This document shows, in pieces, positions 14,501 through 28,039 of a DNA stretch of 64,000 nucleotides. The translations under genes were made by a program, and so were the position numbers. Under the pieces are notes generated by a model. It saw nothing but the letters and a program-made list of their open reading frames with translations, ran no database searches and was not told the origin of the DNA. Position 1 is the first letter of the stretch. Each line of letters begins with the position of its first letter. Source of the DNA: Fimbriosthenelais zetlandica (lineage: Eukaryota); contig OZ365112.1 of NCBI GenBank assembly GCA_977030845.1, positions 18,414,001 through 18,478,000 of the forward strand. The letters are read 5' to 3'.

Positions 14501-15459
14501 GCTTTAATTTCAGAAAGAGACATAGCTAAAATACCCCCAATTATTACCGTTAACAGTACATCCTGCCTCTATGCTACATTACCACTCAACAACCTTCAGT
14601 GGAATGCGATCAACAATTGTACATAAAAGACAAGATGTTTCCATCCGCATAGGCTTTTTCCACTGAAATGATAAACTGTATGTACTTAACTAATGTCTAC
14701 GTTTAGTAATGTCTTCCGCTTAGCGTTTGAAAAGAGAAGCGAGCTTTTCAGTTTTGAAGGGCTTGTTGTATTGAGCATAGTGTCTACAGAGGGGGTTTGA
14801 ATTGAGGCGCTCTCGTTGAGGCATACTCAGCTTTCTCATTCTGATGGAAATCTCCACATATTGATTGATCCTCACGTTTGTACTGAAGTGTCAACTTGAA
14901 AACGTTGTGAACACATTAAGCTTTAAAAGATAACATACAAGTATGACATTCAGTAAGTGGAGAGTGAAGGTCTAAAAACTGAGCGTACTAATGAGCAAGC
15001 GGCAGCCAAATGTGTTTAATAATTGTCTTTTCTCTCTCACACACACTCAGCTTGCCCATTCTAAAGACCAGTTATGTACACGTCAGGATGCTTATATGTT
15101 TCGAGATGGTAAATACATTGCATTTCAATTATAGTGCTACTTTACCATCGACTGAAATTCATTCATCAAGCGAGTAATTCATGTTCAACAACTGGAAAAC
15201 TGTCTATCCATCTTATAGAATTATCTTCATATATGTGTGTGGCATTATATACTAGTAGTTAGAAAAAACTCTAGTAATTCTAACTGGCCTGACTGGTGCT
15301 AATGCTGCGCCATCCAGCTCAGGCTAGATTTGGGAGTGTTTAAAGGCCAGTTCTCCCTTTCTTGGCAGCATTAGTGATTGATGAATCGTTCTTTTCATTC
15401 TCTGCCATTATTCGCGCTTCCACCATTGTCCACGTCAATCATGCATCATCAATTCTGGA

Positions 15460-15570
15460 AGACACTTCCGGTGTGCGCACGCAAATACACATCCCATGAT
15501 GCCTAGGATCAAGTTCCGGTGTGGCTGGCGCATGCGCAGGTGGGCACTAAGGGCGACCTCTGGCGTGATT
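15460..15570. promoter_or_regulatory. ETS/NRF1 promoter-like cluster in the downstream intron
   Basis: CACTTCCGGTG 15463-15473, TGCGCACGCA about 15474-15483, AGTTCCGGTG about 15512-15521, GCGCATGCGCA 15528-15538, and a weak CTCF-like GCGACCTCTGGCG 15553-15565. Confidence 0.45.
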
Positions 15571-17306
15571 TCTGGTAACTTTGCTGCGTTAAGGGGCATG
15601 ATTCATGCCATAAGGCTCGAATGCACTAACATCCTCCGCTAAAGGACGAGTTTTTATTCTTTAAATTTGCACGAGTTTTTTCCCAGAACATCCCAAAGTC
15701 ACCGGGGGAACAAAAGCACATCTCATAGCCAATTAGCCCATGGGTGTGACTTTCTTCTATCTATGAACTGAAGATGTAAGAGTCTATCTGGAAGATAGTT
15801 GACTATACAAAGAGAATATAGCAACTCTTCCATTTCTCATCAAGACTTGGGTAGAGAAAGAGGGAGTAACTCGCAGGAAACAGACATGTCTACCTTATAC
15901 TCCACCTCCAGCCCTTCCACATACTAATGGTGTTTATCAGACTATATTAGCGAGTGGAGAACTTAATGTCCTACTCAGTCTGAAGGAGGACCTCTATTGG
16001 GGGTCTGCCGTGGTGAGAGGTGAGCATAAACATTCAGGTACAGGCATCCTTTTCCTGCCAGCTTTGCCCAAGTCTGCTTCCCTGTCGGCGCCCACAAGCT
16101 GGTGGCTCCCTGCGCGGCCGCCGCATAAACTAGACGCTGCTTACAAGGCAGGGATGAGAGATGGTTGAATGAGTTCCACCTCTCTCTCTGCTTCTATCAA
16201 TACATCAAATCATGATGAAACACATAGAGACAGGTCTAGAGGAAACATACTCCCCATGTGGAGGATGGAGGCTGGCGGTTTATGAGCTCTATCTATTGTT
16301 CTGGCACGGGTTTATCTGGGGTTGTGGCATGATTTGGTGTTGACACTAGAAGGGTTGGAGAAGTGGGTGATAGAGGGTTGAATGTTTACAGGGTGGCAAT
16401 GTGGAGGAGAGGAGGATGACAGGAAGAGAGGGAGACCATCACTGACCATGTAATCTGCCAGCAAATAAAGCTATAAAATAGCATCATTAAGAGATTCCAG
16501 GAAGTGATAATGCTGGAGTGAAATACATTCATACTTAACACGTCCGACAACCCACAGCTCAAACATTTACATCAAGCCTCTCACCGCACAGAAACATTTA
16601 TTTTCTGTCCAATTTTCACGCTTTTTTGAAGCAGATATTTCAGTTATAGATAAGAAGCCACTCACATGGCGCCCATATAGACAAAGCCCGCGCCGCGCGA
16701 CCACACGCCCCCCATGCCTAACTCAAGCCAGCCCCAGGAGTTGTTTGAAATTAAGTTGTCAGTACTCGAAGCTGTCTCCTTGAATTTCTTCTCATGCCAA
16801 TTAGCCATTTTCTCGCCCATCCAGCCTATATAGCAGGCCAAACACTTGAGCTGATCCTTCTTCGCCGGAGCTGGCCATGGCCACGCCTACCCCGGCGCCG
16901 CATGTCAGTCATACCCCTAAACCATGGACAGCGACCCGCCGTGATGATATATTTACTTGGCTTTTTTCTGGAGTTCGATGCAGACTTACCTTCATCATTT
17001 TACATAAGCTTATAAAAAGATCTCAGAGGGAGGGAATGGAGAACAACATTTGAGGCGTAGAGTATATTTATATAAGAGATATTGGGTACAGAGTAATATT
17101 ACTCTGCCGTGGAGCAGAAACCAACAAATCTTTCCCCTCCACAAACTTATAGTCACTCAATATTGTTTAGCACGATAACATGGAACAGCTCGACATCAAC
17201 TTAAATATTTCACTTAAATATTCTATAAAAATAGATCAAAACTCAAAAGTGTTTTCAGTGTTAGTATGAGCCATGATTCTATGAGATAGAGTAAGGATAG
17301 ACTTAC

Positions 17307-17439
17307 CAGTTTTGGGGTCTATATGTACAGGAGGGATACCCATGTGCGCGGGAGGGGGTTGTGCTAGCGATTCGCTACCTGGATAGATCATCAACGACGA
17401 TAGCGAACCCGGGTGCGGTGGCACCGGAACTTTGCTGCC
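17307..17439 (-). CDS. TCF: Internal coding exon of a TCF/LEF (pangolin / TCF7L2-like) HMG-box transcription factor, from the context-dependent/Groucho-binding region
   Basis: The minus strand reads ttttgcag|GGC AGC AAA GTT CCG ... GAC CCC AAA ACT G|gtaagt: 44 codons plus 1 nt, phase 0 in and phase 1 out. The peptide GSKVPV...QPPPAHMGIPPVHIDPKTG matches the vertebrate TCF7L2 exon SNKVPV...DVDPKTG and the invertebrate TCF/Pangolin PPPAHMGIPP motif (recognised from memory). Confidence 0.93.
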
Positions 17440-19389
17440 CTGCAAAACACAAAATGTAAATCATATTATTACATTATTCACCACAACTGAGAGTGAATCT
17501 AAAAATTATGCGGTCTCAATCATAAACATCCTACAATAGACAAGCTAGCTAATGACATTTCGAAAATTTAGGCAATTGACATACAATTAATGAGTGAACG
17601 TTAATGTTCCTGATACAATATCTAAGGTTGCGACTGTTGATTATATAGTACTTTGGGTTTGGTCACAGAAGCATAACCGTACAAGCCTTTGTTCAAGGAT
17701 AATTAGGGTAGAGCCCTAATTGCCACCCGGGTTAATTGACACCAGTAATGGTGTGGCCAAATGGGATCCAGAATGGCGCCATATATATTCTGTAATCACT
17801 AACAAATATCAATATACAGATGACAAATACATGCGTGTATACATATAATAAATCATCTAAATTTCATTTGGAGGAGTGAGATAAGATAAGGCGTGAAGTA
17901 GTGAGTGTGTGGTCTCAATTGTAAAACAAATGAATGTATGGAGGAATGCAGTGAACTGATTCAACGTGTATCAGACGATGTGGCAGCATGACGCGGGTTA
18001 ATATTGAATGAGGGCTGGGCTTTATCCTCCGTCTTTTACCGATCTGTCAGATCATTTTAACATGGTGTTCTGACCGGGATACGGTCATTTGGCATCGTGC
18101 ATGCTTTGGGAAGATCAAACTGTGTGAGGTACATCTACCGGAGACCACAACACCATTCACATACATACTCAGTGCAAATGTCTGTACTGGCATTTTATCT
18201 ACTACATTTTGCCCATTTTCCCGACATAGATCTATACATTTCCCGCGACAAGAAACTCCAGTAGTTCATTACAGCAAATGTGAATCAACGTGTGCATCAA
18301 TCATCTTGGAGTCATTAAACAAAATGATTAATTTCTTAATTTTTCATTCTCAAAATCAGTCAATTATCCAGAGGGGTCCGTTGTATCACTTTACAGAGTT
18401 TCATTATCGTGTAATAAGCTAAGATGATCAAGTATTTTTCCTGAGGAGACTAGATGTGATTTGGTGTAGATAAAATACAGCATGTCAGCTAACCTAGAAA
18501 TCAGGGTTAGACCAGAGGCGGGGAGAGCTGGGACAGACTGTATTGGAGGGGCGTGGTGGGCTCATCCCCCTTTGTATGGATCAAAGACTTGGAGTGGCCA
18601 CAGGAGGACGGTCTGGAGGAGGGCCCCATCCACCACCGTCCTCTTGTGTGCATAAATACCAGTCAGACCAGGCCTAATGGACCTCCAGGGTCAATTAATA
18701 AGCCGTCAAGTCCTGCCTAATAACGGGCCCGGGTCCCGCAAGGCTAGCCCTTAGCTTTATTACTGAATCCAAATCAGCTAGAAATTAACCAAATTAACGG
18801 CACGTCCAGCCCTCCAGGCGCGCGCGACGTGCACCGCGATCCCGAGCAGCGTGACGGAACGCACTGACGTCATGACCAGAGAGGCGGTGATAACAGCCGG
18901 CAAACACAGGAGGTTAATTGGCTACAGGTCATAGGTGTAGTATGGATTATCAACCCTCTGGCCTTCATAAAACCCTGTCCCTGTGTAACGACCCTGACCC
19001 TAGCAATAACTCAACTATAGGTCTTCTTTCACCGCCAATATTTCATAGATCGACCTTAACAGGAAAGTGATGTTGGCGTCGGCCAGTCTCTACTTAGCCT
19101 GCTTTGTGTTTTTGATCATGATGGCAATAACTGACCCCCACACAGCCATGTGACAAGGTCTGACCACGCCATGAGGGCACACAACCAAGCCTAGAGAGCA
19201 AGCAGTGACCAGCAGTAGTATAGACAGAGTGACCAGTGGGCATGGCTGGACATCCGAGTAGTATAAGAAGAGACCTTTTCAGCTGGTCATTTTGGGGCAT
19301 TTTTTAAATCCTTTTAGAGAAGTGGCTTCATTAGATATGGGAGGAGGAGGATTGGGGGAATGACATACTAGTTGACCTGTATATTGAGA

Positions 19390-19417
19390 TGACCTGTCCG
19401 TCACCTCACGCTAACCT
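19390..19417 (-). promoter_or_regulatory. Tandem DR5-type nuclear-receptor element
   Basis: The plus strand reads TGACCT-N5-TCACCT-N5-TAACCT: three half-sites at an 11-bp period. Extra half-sites at 19373 and 19438. Confidence 0.4.
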
Positions 19418-22400
19418 GGATCACCAGGATCACAGAGAGGTCAACATGGTCGCCAGATCCTTATCACTGACTCCCTCCACTGCCGCCAATGACAAGCGCC
19501 ACTGATAAGCCACTAACCCATCAGTACTGGGTGTCATGGGCCTGAGCTTCTCATCCAGAGTCTGACCCAACTAACCCCCACTAAAAGACCCTCCCCCTCC
19601 CACCCCCACCCCCAAAGTCCAATGTTTGCGCTCAATTGCTGTCCAGCTAGTCGGTAATTCGGAGGAGGGGTCCAGGGGGCAGGAGCCCCTTTCAGGGCGG
19701 TCGTGATGAAAGCTAGGCCTTAAATCTCGAGGAAATAGGTGTATTATTCCCAAATTTAGCCGGGCTGGAGAGCAATCATGGAGGCGGGCAGGCGGGTGAC
19801 CCGCGGGGATATAGGGGCTTGTTGACCGATGGCCTGAGGGCAGGATGACTAGTGAGTGACCAGCGAATGAGCACTGAGAGGTGGTCTCAAGTGTCCATCA
19901 CTGTATCTGATCGTCCCTCCACTGGCGGATCACAGGAGGAACTGAGATTACCCCACAAGAGTAGAAATTAGAAACTCTATAGGTCCATGACACTAATTAC
20001 TTGTAGGGTAGATACATATAGCCTATATGACCTACATTGGGCAGACTGGAATAACAATCTAAATGCACAATGTTAAAATAAAATCTGAGACACTCAGTAA
20101 AATATTTTTGTAAATTAATCCATGACTATTTCCTAGTACATTCATAAAACGTTAGACCATTGCCAAACTCGTGGATAATATAGCATTATATTGGATACAT
20201 TTTGTTTGCAGACACAATGTGACGAGTTATGGAAGCTTTTATTGATGTTTTTGCTCCTTAACTTTAGCCCAAGAGAGCAAGCCTGTGAGGGGTAGCCACG
20301 CCATCACTATGGAGACGGAGCGGCAGCGCACCAGGTAGTTCATCATTAAGACGCCAGGTGATGTTAGTGTCCGTGGCTGACACCTTGCAGCGCTTTAAAT
20401 CTACTTTGTCAGGAGAAAGGCGCGGCTCTCTAAACTCATGCAACTCCCAATGTCCCCCAAGATGTACCATAGAAAATACCACATCTCAAAATCCAATTAT
20501 CAATGAAGGCAAAGATCTTGGAATAGGCGAAGTGTAAAGAAACCCTTGAGGTCACAACATAGGCTTAATTGGACACAAGAAAATCTGATTCATCAAATTA
20601 TTCCCATGCGAAGTAATTAAGTTAAAATGTGATATCCCCTCGTTTTCCGGCCTGTTCCCAGTGGAGGTATATTAAAAGGTCATTGATGCTAGAACAGCAC
20701 AATGCTAGAGGCCGGCTATAAAGCGCGAAGAGACATGGCCGGGGGCATTGTCACCAGGAGAGCTCTGGCTGTCTCCATGATCACCCCACCCCGCCTTACC
20801 TACTTAGTCTAATTAAACTAGCAGCCCCAGGCCTGCAGCAGGTAGATAATGGTGACTAGGGCTACCTGTAAGTGCAACGCTCAGCTGAGGTGTGGAGAGG
20901 GGAGGAGCTAGAGGTCAGTGATAAGATATAGGGCCACAAGGGGGGCTGGCTTAAATAATATGTAACATTATCTTGGTCATTACCTGTCATCAGGTTACCA
21001 GTAATTACCCCGGGTCGACGGTGAACCTTCACGACTAGTGGTATTTGTTCGTTACAAACGTAGTGTCAATTCTCAAAACTTTTCAGATACATTTAACATG
21101 TATGTTTAAAAATTACTCATGTAACTCACTTTCCAGAAGAGTGGGAAGTTATGGGAAAAACACTATAATTTGAGAATAAAAATCCAATTAAACTTTGGTA
21201 TATCTATTGTGCTATAATGGGATGAGATTTCAAGCGTCTCCGCCATTCAATCCTTCAAAGTAGCCCAGAAATAAATTTGGATTTAGTCAGAATGTGGGTA
21301 TTATTTGAGCCCACTGAAGCAGAGCGCGTTTTGACAGCGTTAATTGAAAGTGTCCATTTATAGTATAGAGAGACGTTAGAGACTAGGCGGGAAGAGAGGG
21401 GGAGGAGGTGTTGAAGAAGTCAGGGATGACCAGGGATGGCCGGAGAATGCCTGGTCAGTGGGGAGAGTTGTAAAGAGAGATCAGTACTATTGTATGCGGG
21501 CAGTGATTTGGGACGGGAGAGAGTAGGCGCTGAGAGCTCTTCACAATACAAGGCCGGACAATTGTACACCAAGCTAAGGTAACAAGCATTATGCAATAGT
21601 CGACTTCACCTACCAACTGCCGCCAAGATTCAAATTTTGAAAGGTGAACAATCAGTGACCATCAGGTATGACAATATGAAAACCAGCAGCAGAACGAGAA
21701 GCGCCCAGTGACAATATGATGACCGGTCTGACTGGAGGCTCAGCCCGCAGGGCTTGTTTTAAAAATAAAGCTCCCAGAGTTGGTTAAAAATATGCACTCT
21801 TAATTATAATTAAAACATCATAACGAGGAGAGTCAAATGTGTTAGAATATATCAGAACATATCCTTTACCTCTACCACTAATGTGATACGCTTGCATAAC
21901 ACATTCAATTATCAGCCGTAAATATGTAAATAGATTTCTGGCCAAAAGTGTGGCAGTGTCGCACTTGTTCTACCCTTCTTTGATGTAGGATATTGCCTGG
22001 AGACACATTCCCTAGTTGGCATGCCATGGGCTGTATCCCATACACTTCCTATAACCGCCACCAACTCTTCCAACTCCTCCATTCCCTCACTCACACACTT
22101 AAGGAGTGTGAGTCAAATGAAATGGCGACAGTTTTTCCCCTCGTTTACGGACTACTAATGGCGCTTCAAATATTCAAATAATAAAAAGTCCACTGCTAGC
22201 GGATAATATAGTTAAGGTTTTAATTTGCCTTTTGAAGTCAACATTGTCATCTGAGAAGGTTATTTGTGGGACTATTACATGCCATAATGGCGCGTTTCTA
22301 TGTCTGTTGACTACAAAGATGTCGCGTACTTTGGTAAGAAATGGCCAACAAGTTGCTTAATGCTTTGTCTTGAAGAGTTGAGAGTAGAAAGGGCTGTGTA

Positions 22401-25400
22401 CCAGCCAAGAGCGAGTGGAATTCAGCGAACTGCGGCCATATAGTAATTCATTGCTACACCCACAACATACCTCACACCCTCAAGCATAGTATGAAACGCA
22501 TGCTGATGGCCCGGGAATTATTAGTTCCTTTAATACCAAGCCAGTGACTATTCAGAATGCAATAAATGCACATAGAGAATACTGCATATCAAGCTTTTGG
22601 TGGTCGTACAGCAAGGAGGCAAAAGATACCACATCTTTGTATACAGTGATCACTGAAGTCTCGCCTATCGTGAGAATGGAGAGAGAAATAAGAGAAGTTG
22701 GGGAAATGGAAAGAGAGGATGAAAATGAAGTTGAGTTTGGGGGCGTCACAGGCCAGTCATCATGTTTGGCTTGGCAGCTGGGCCGTGTGTAATTGGTCTC
22801 ATTGTCCAGGCTGGATGTCTAACGGTCGCTTGGATCCCCCTTTAAGAGGGGAGGATTGACAGATTCGGTCAGGCTCCCCCGGGTTTGGGAAATAGGCCGC
22901 CTGAATGGCATATTTTCAAGGCAAACAAGAGTGGCTTGGTTCCTGTGGCGTCCGACACTGGTATGTTTAGAGTAGAGTCGGCAGTGATAGCGTCCGGGGC
23001 GGGGGAGGATGGGCGGACTGTGGATATCGGGTGAGTATCACTCACGCCAGCCTAACTAGAGATCCAGATATTCTACACCCCCTGGTAGTCACAGCGATGG
23101 TATCGGATAAGAGGTGTGTTGGCGAGTACAAGGCCAAACTAACAGCCAAGTTATGACTGGCACTGGACACTAGTGGACAGGGAACTCTTGACCTGTACAT
23201 ATTTGGACAACACTGTCTCTGGTAGAAGAATGCCAACTGACCACTGCCTTACAAGTGTACACATTAAACAAGATGACTTATCAAAATGTACATTCTTCTG
23301 GGGTTACACATCAAGAAGTATCCTTAAAAACCCTCCAAATCAATTTAATAAAATGATATATCATGAAATGTATCAAAACAGTTGGTCAGTGAAAAAAGCA
23401 TGTTGTAAATTTACTATAGAAGTTGACATAGTCTTCCATAGAATTTGTAGAGGGAGATGGGTGAGAGCCCTTGGGCATCAAGCCCTCCAGGCTAGAGGGC
23501 CTTACCTCCCCCGAGGGCCCTTGCCTTTCATGGTGGAAGGGCCTGTGAGGGCCCTAGAGCTCAGTGTGAGGACCCTCCTCCTGCCGTGCAAGGTTCTCAC
23601 GCGACCACACAACAGACAACCGCCGACTCCCACCGATTCTTACCATCCACCCCGATAAAGCGAAGACAATATCATCAAGTGACAAAACCATAGAAAAGGG
23701 CGAGAGATGGGGGAAGCTAGGGACACGGTTTTTTTCTTTAAAAATTGTCAAGTCCATTACCCAGCTCTGATAATGTCACCTGACCCATGTCTAAGGTCAC
23801 CCAGTACAATTTTCACTGCATGACCTCCACATTTAAATACCCAGGCACTTATTAGTGTCTTTCAATTACTAACTATTACTTGTTAAATGGACTCATTCCT
23901 TGGTATATAAAGCAAACAGTTCCAACGGTCAAAATATTCAGAGTCACTTGGGCGCTTGCTAGTGAATTGAATCCTATTTGACCAAAGGGTGTAATTGGGA
24001 GGTGCAGGTCGATTTGGGTAAAATAAGGGTAATAAGAGGCCTGCTAATGGCTTTAGAATGGGTGAACATTATGTAAATGATCGGAAGGGCTTTGATCGGG
24101 CGTTGACGGCCCACAGAGAGGTGTGGGACCTATGTACATAAGTGACCCTGGGCACTAACTTCAAAAGAGACCTGGTCAGTGGAAACGTGTGGGGGAACGA
24201 GGTGGGTCATCACATAGGTCAGAGATAGGATCAGAAAGTATGGGTTCTCTCCCATTTAAACGTGTCTTAATGTAAGGACGGGCGACACACAGTCACCTTT
24301 GGGACGAAAAAGGTCTATACCCATAACAGTATAGAACGTAGTCAACAAATGCATAGGCTTAGGATTTCAGGAAGAAAAATTCAGAAACTAGATGCATATT
24401 GCTCTCAATATAAGATAATATTGTAACTTTTCATGCAAGATATTTTAAATAATATAGATTGCTCATGGAAAGTGTATCAAATTTTAAAATAATATTCTGT
24501 CGGAATCTTGTCAATTCTTCTAACCCTTGGTTCCAGTACTTTGAGTTAAAAGGAGCCACTACACACAAATGTACACAGAGATAGCATGTCTCTGCTCGCA
24601 GCATCTGTAGTCGCCCCAGGGCTTGTAATAGTTATACATATGTAGCATGAGGATGTGATGGAAATATGAGGGTAATATTGGTATAATGTACACATGCCCC
24701 TCGTGCCTATAGAGGGGAGGGTACACAGCCTGAGGGTAGAGAATCTACCCCAGTGGTGAGGGATGGGAAGAAGCTATGACCTGCACTTCACCAGTGACCG
24801 TGGAGGCTGTGACACCCCAGCCAGCTATCTACTGCCTGGCGGCTGACGGGAGGAAGGCCTGGAGGAGGGGGTAACCTTTATCTAACCTGAGTGGGCCACG
24901 CTGTCTCCAGTAGAGCGAGGAGTAGGGCGAGTGGAGAAGGCGGGGAAGGAGGGTAAAGGCAGTCCACTCGTTTAGCTGCCAGACGTTCACCATATGGTAG
25001 ATATGATGTATTAATACATGAAAAACTGGCGAGCAGCTCCCCCTCACCAACATAGGAGGCCACAGGCGAGCAGAATATTCTCATCTCTTCCTTGTTTCAT
25101 CCAATTTTAACCCCACGAAGGGGAACAGTACATAACCTTTTGAATTGGCTATAAATTTATACAAGAAGAAATCAAGAAAACACAAGAGTTTTACTACAGG
25201 AACTCCTGACCTTAAAGTTATTGAATCCCAACTAACAGACCATCATTCAGGTTTAGAAGAGACAGGATGGGAGGATTTGACATCCCAACCCCTAGTCATT
25301 TTTAATCTAGAGGCCATGCTTAGTTCAGTGTCAATCCCATAGTTCTCCTGCTACCCTCACCCTCCCCCAAGACTGAGGAGCCACAAATCATTAGTGGCCG

Positions 25401-28039
25401 TCGTCACACAGGAGGAAGCATGTGCTGGTCTGTGGTAGGGGGTGACTGGGGTGGTTACATCAGCTGGGGTGGAACGTTACACCTGTAACCCCCCACATCC
25501 AACCCCTGCCCCCGCCACAAGCCAACCGCTCTTTCATCTCCACTACTTTCATGATACAGACAGTTACACCAGCGAAAATGACAACACCCTTCAGTGATCA
25601 AACGGCGGGAGGATCAAAGACGGGTATAAAATATCTATTAGTGCAGTGGACATAACAAAGGCTGGGGGTAAACACTGGGCAGGCATGTTTGCTTCGAGCT
25701 CATCTGGCCAACGAGTTGGGCGGGCCAGTGAGAAATTAATCTACCCACCCCCTCTACCCGGACCATTCCTTACTCTCTACAGTTCAATACTCATAAACTA
25801 AATACTCAATGTCAAGATATTTCAGCTTAAGATACGTTGCAAGGGTCCTAAGCAAATAAGAAAATACCCCCGAGAAGCTTGTACCTTATTGGAAATTATC
25901 CAAAGCTTTGTAATATAAATAACTAAAGAGTCATAATTCTATCACATCAAAAGGAGATGTGTATCGGACTGTGCAGTGGGAGAAAAAAACATTGAACTTT
26001 TCTAGTTGATGATAGACTCCCTCAAAGTTGGCTACCTCAAGTCCTGGTCAATCTCAACCTCTCTCCTCAACCTACAACACAATCTCCAAGGTATGCAGCA
26101 GTGACATCTACGATTACAATAAAACTAAAGTTGTGTTGGAAGAGGAGCGCCGACATAACTCACAAGCACTTGAGCGGTGGCAGGAATTATGTTGATTTTC
26201 ACCACTATGAGGCGGGAGTGTAGCGGAGGGAGACTGGGAGCCTCATGAGCTGTCATCACCCCACCTCGCGGGCTTTGCTCTCTTTACTTGTTGCTGCTGC
26301 AAAGTGAATCCCTCACTCAGCATCCAGCGACAGACCCACAACTTTACTTATAGATTATACAACCTCCCTCCCTCTCCATCCTCCTTAACTTCCACCTCCT
26401 CTAGTAGCGACACCAAGTGGAAAACGGCCAATTTACGTCTGGAATTATTTTTTCCATGATTCGGGTGGTGTATGCTAGGGATGTATGTTAGTTTGGAGAC
26501 CCAGAATGTCACTGATAGTTGGCTTTAGTCAATACTTTTCATTCTTAAACCTGAATATATTATTTCTTTGGGGAAGTTGCTGTTGATTGGATGTATTGGA
26601 AAAATGATTCGAGAGAAAAAGTCTCACGAGAGATGCACCGAGAGATGAAGAGGAGAGGTGCACTACACCCTGAATGAGGAGAGATGAGTAAGACATTCTT
26701 CCCGTAGGTATCTGAGAAAAGTTGGCTGGAGCATGGCAAAATCTACTCGATATGAATTGGCAGGAATTCCCCACCGATTTCTGACACTAGCAGAGAATTC
26801 ACCATCGAAGACAAAAGTGCGATCCGACCGAGTTTGTGGGTCGGGTGAGTAGCTCCGACCATTGTTCCTTTGCGTCACAAGTGACGATCCAATAAAGCCA
26901 AGAATCCGGCTCATTCCTCCAGCCTTCCCAACGCGCATGTGCCTTCCGCCTCCATGGTATTGCTATGACAACCATGGCATGCCTTGAGCGTTCCTTCTCG
27001 CCCGGGATCTCATGTTCAGAAATCACTAAATCCTCTCCACCCACTCTCCCGGTTCTTCTGGGAAGTATGGGGGCACGGGGAAATGACTTTTACATTAAGG
27101 AAAGGGTTGAGAGGGAAGGGGGAGTACATTGGGGTTGATTATAACGTGGGACGCTGATGGGGAGAAAGGCAATGGCCACTTTCTTGCTGCTCTAACAGAA
27201 ACCTCTCATTTTCTGGGGGCAAATAAAAGGGCAAGCAGGGAACAGGGGTTGTCCTTCCTCCGAGCACCAACTCCTCCCAGTAAGCATTACGAATGGTCGA
27301 TGGCCAAGTCTAGAACAAAAGTCTGGCTAGCTAATCTGTACAAAAGCTGGTTTAAACCAGCAGCCGTTAAAGCTGTATATAGGGGCTAACAGAGGTGATC
27401 CCGGTCACTCAGTCAGCCAATCGATGACCACCACAATTGGTATAAATGGAGGCAGGAAAGGTGTGAGGTGGAGGGCCAACCCTGGCCGATTATCCCACTC
27501 TCCAACCATAGCTTAATGCTAATACCCTAGCAGACACACACCACCTGCCCTACACTCCATGATCTCACCACTGACCGGTTGACCACCATATAGTATAATG
27601 GACATTGACCAATGTATACCTTCACCCATAGAAGCATAAAACGGATGGGAACAAAACCAGCTATTACAGTTTATAGGTGAATGATCCGCGGGGATTGGCA
27701 ATGCTTTATCCTCGCTTAGAAGCAGTTCACATTAGGTATTGTGGACATCCGGGGAATGGTGGACATTTAAAAGTAACCATGGAGATGGAACAATGGTCAT
27801 GTGGACGGCTATTAGATCTCACGCCACACCAGGTCCAATCAGCGCGTTAAAGCTGCTGCAAAGGATTGAACAAATGGTATCATTGTATTCCTTTTATGTT
27901 TGCCTTCATATAATCATTCATTTATATAACACATTGTTTTATAAGTTTAATAAAGGGATAAGAAACTCTAGGTATAAAGTTATTTTTTATATATAATAAA
28001 GTTAAATATGTCATTTGTCCCTGAATAAGAAATACATGA

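Larger units (their letters stand above)
1..17306 (-). other. Downstream intron (3' side) of the TCF exon
   Basis: Donor GTAAGT at 17306-17301. I recognised neither the following (G)IPRP-type exon nor an HMG-box exon (KKPLNAFM) at lower coordinates. Confidence 0.6.

Noticed and set aside
19094-19300. Minus-strand ORF starting MPQ, like the TCF N-terminus
   Set aside because: No DDLGA.DE/FKDEGE beta-catenin-binding motif follows, and the start lies only 1.9 kb from the internal exon.
20839-20869. CAGGTAG/CTACCTG (Zelda TAGteam-like) pair; about 13 copies window-wide
   Set aside because: Only about twofold over a rough expectation of 6. Zelda is arthropod-restricted and the species is unknown.
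21669-21719. 11-bp direct repeat TGACAATATGA spaced 40 bp apart
   Set aside because: Only two copies; not an array or CRISPR, and no target-site or element structure is evident.
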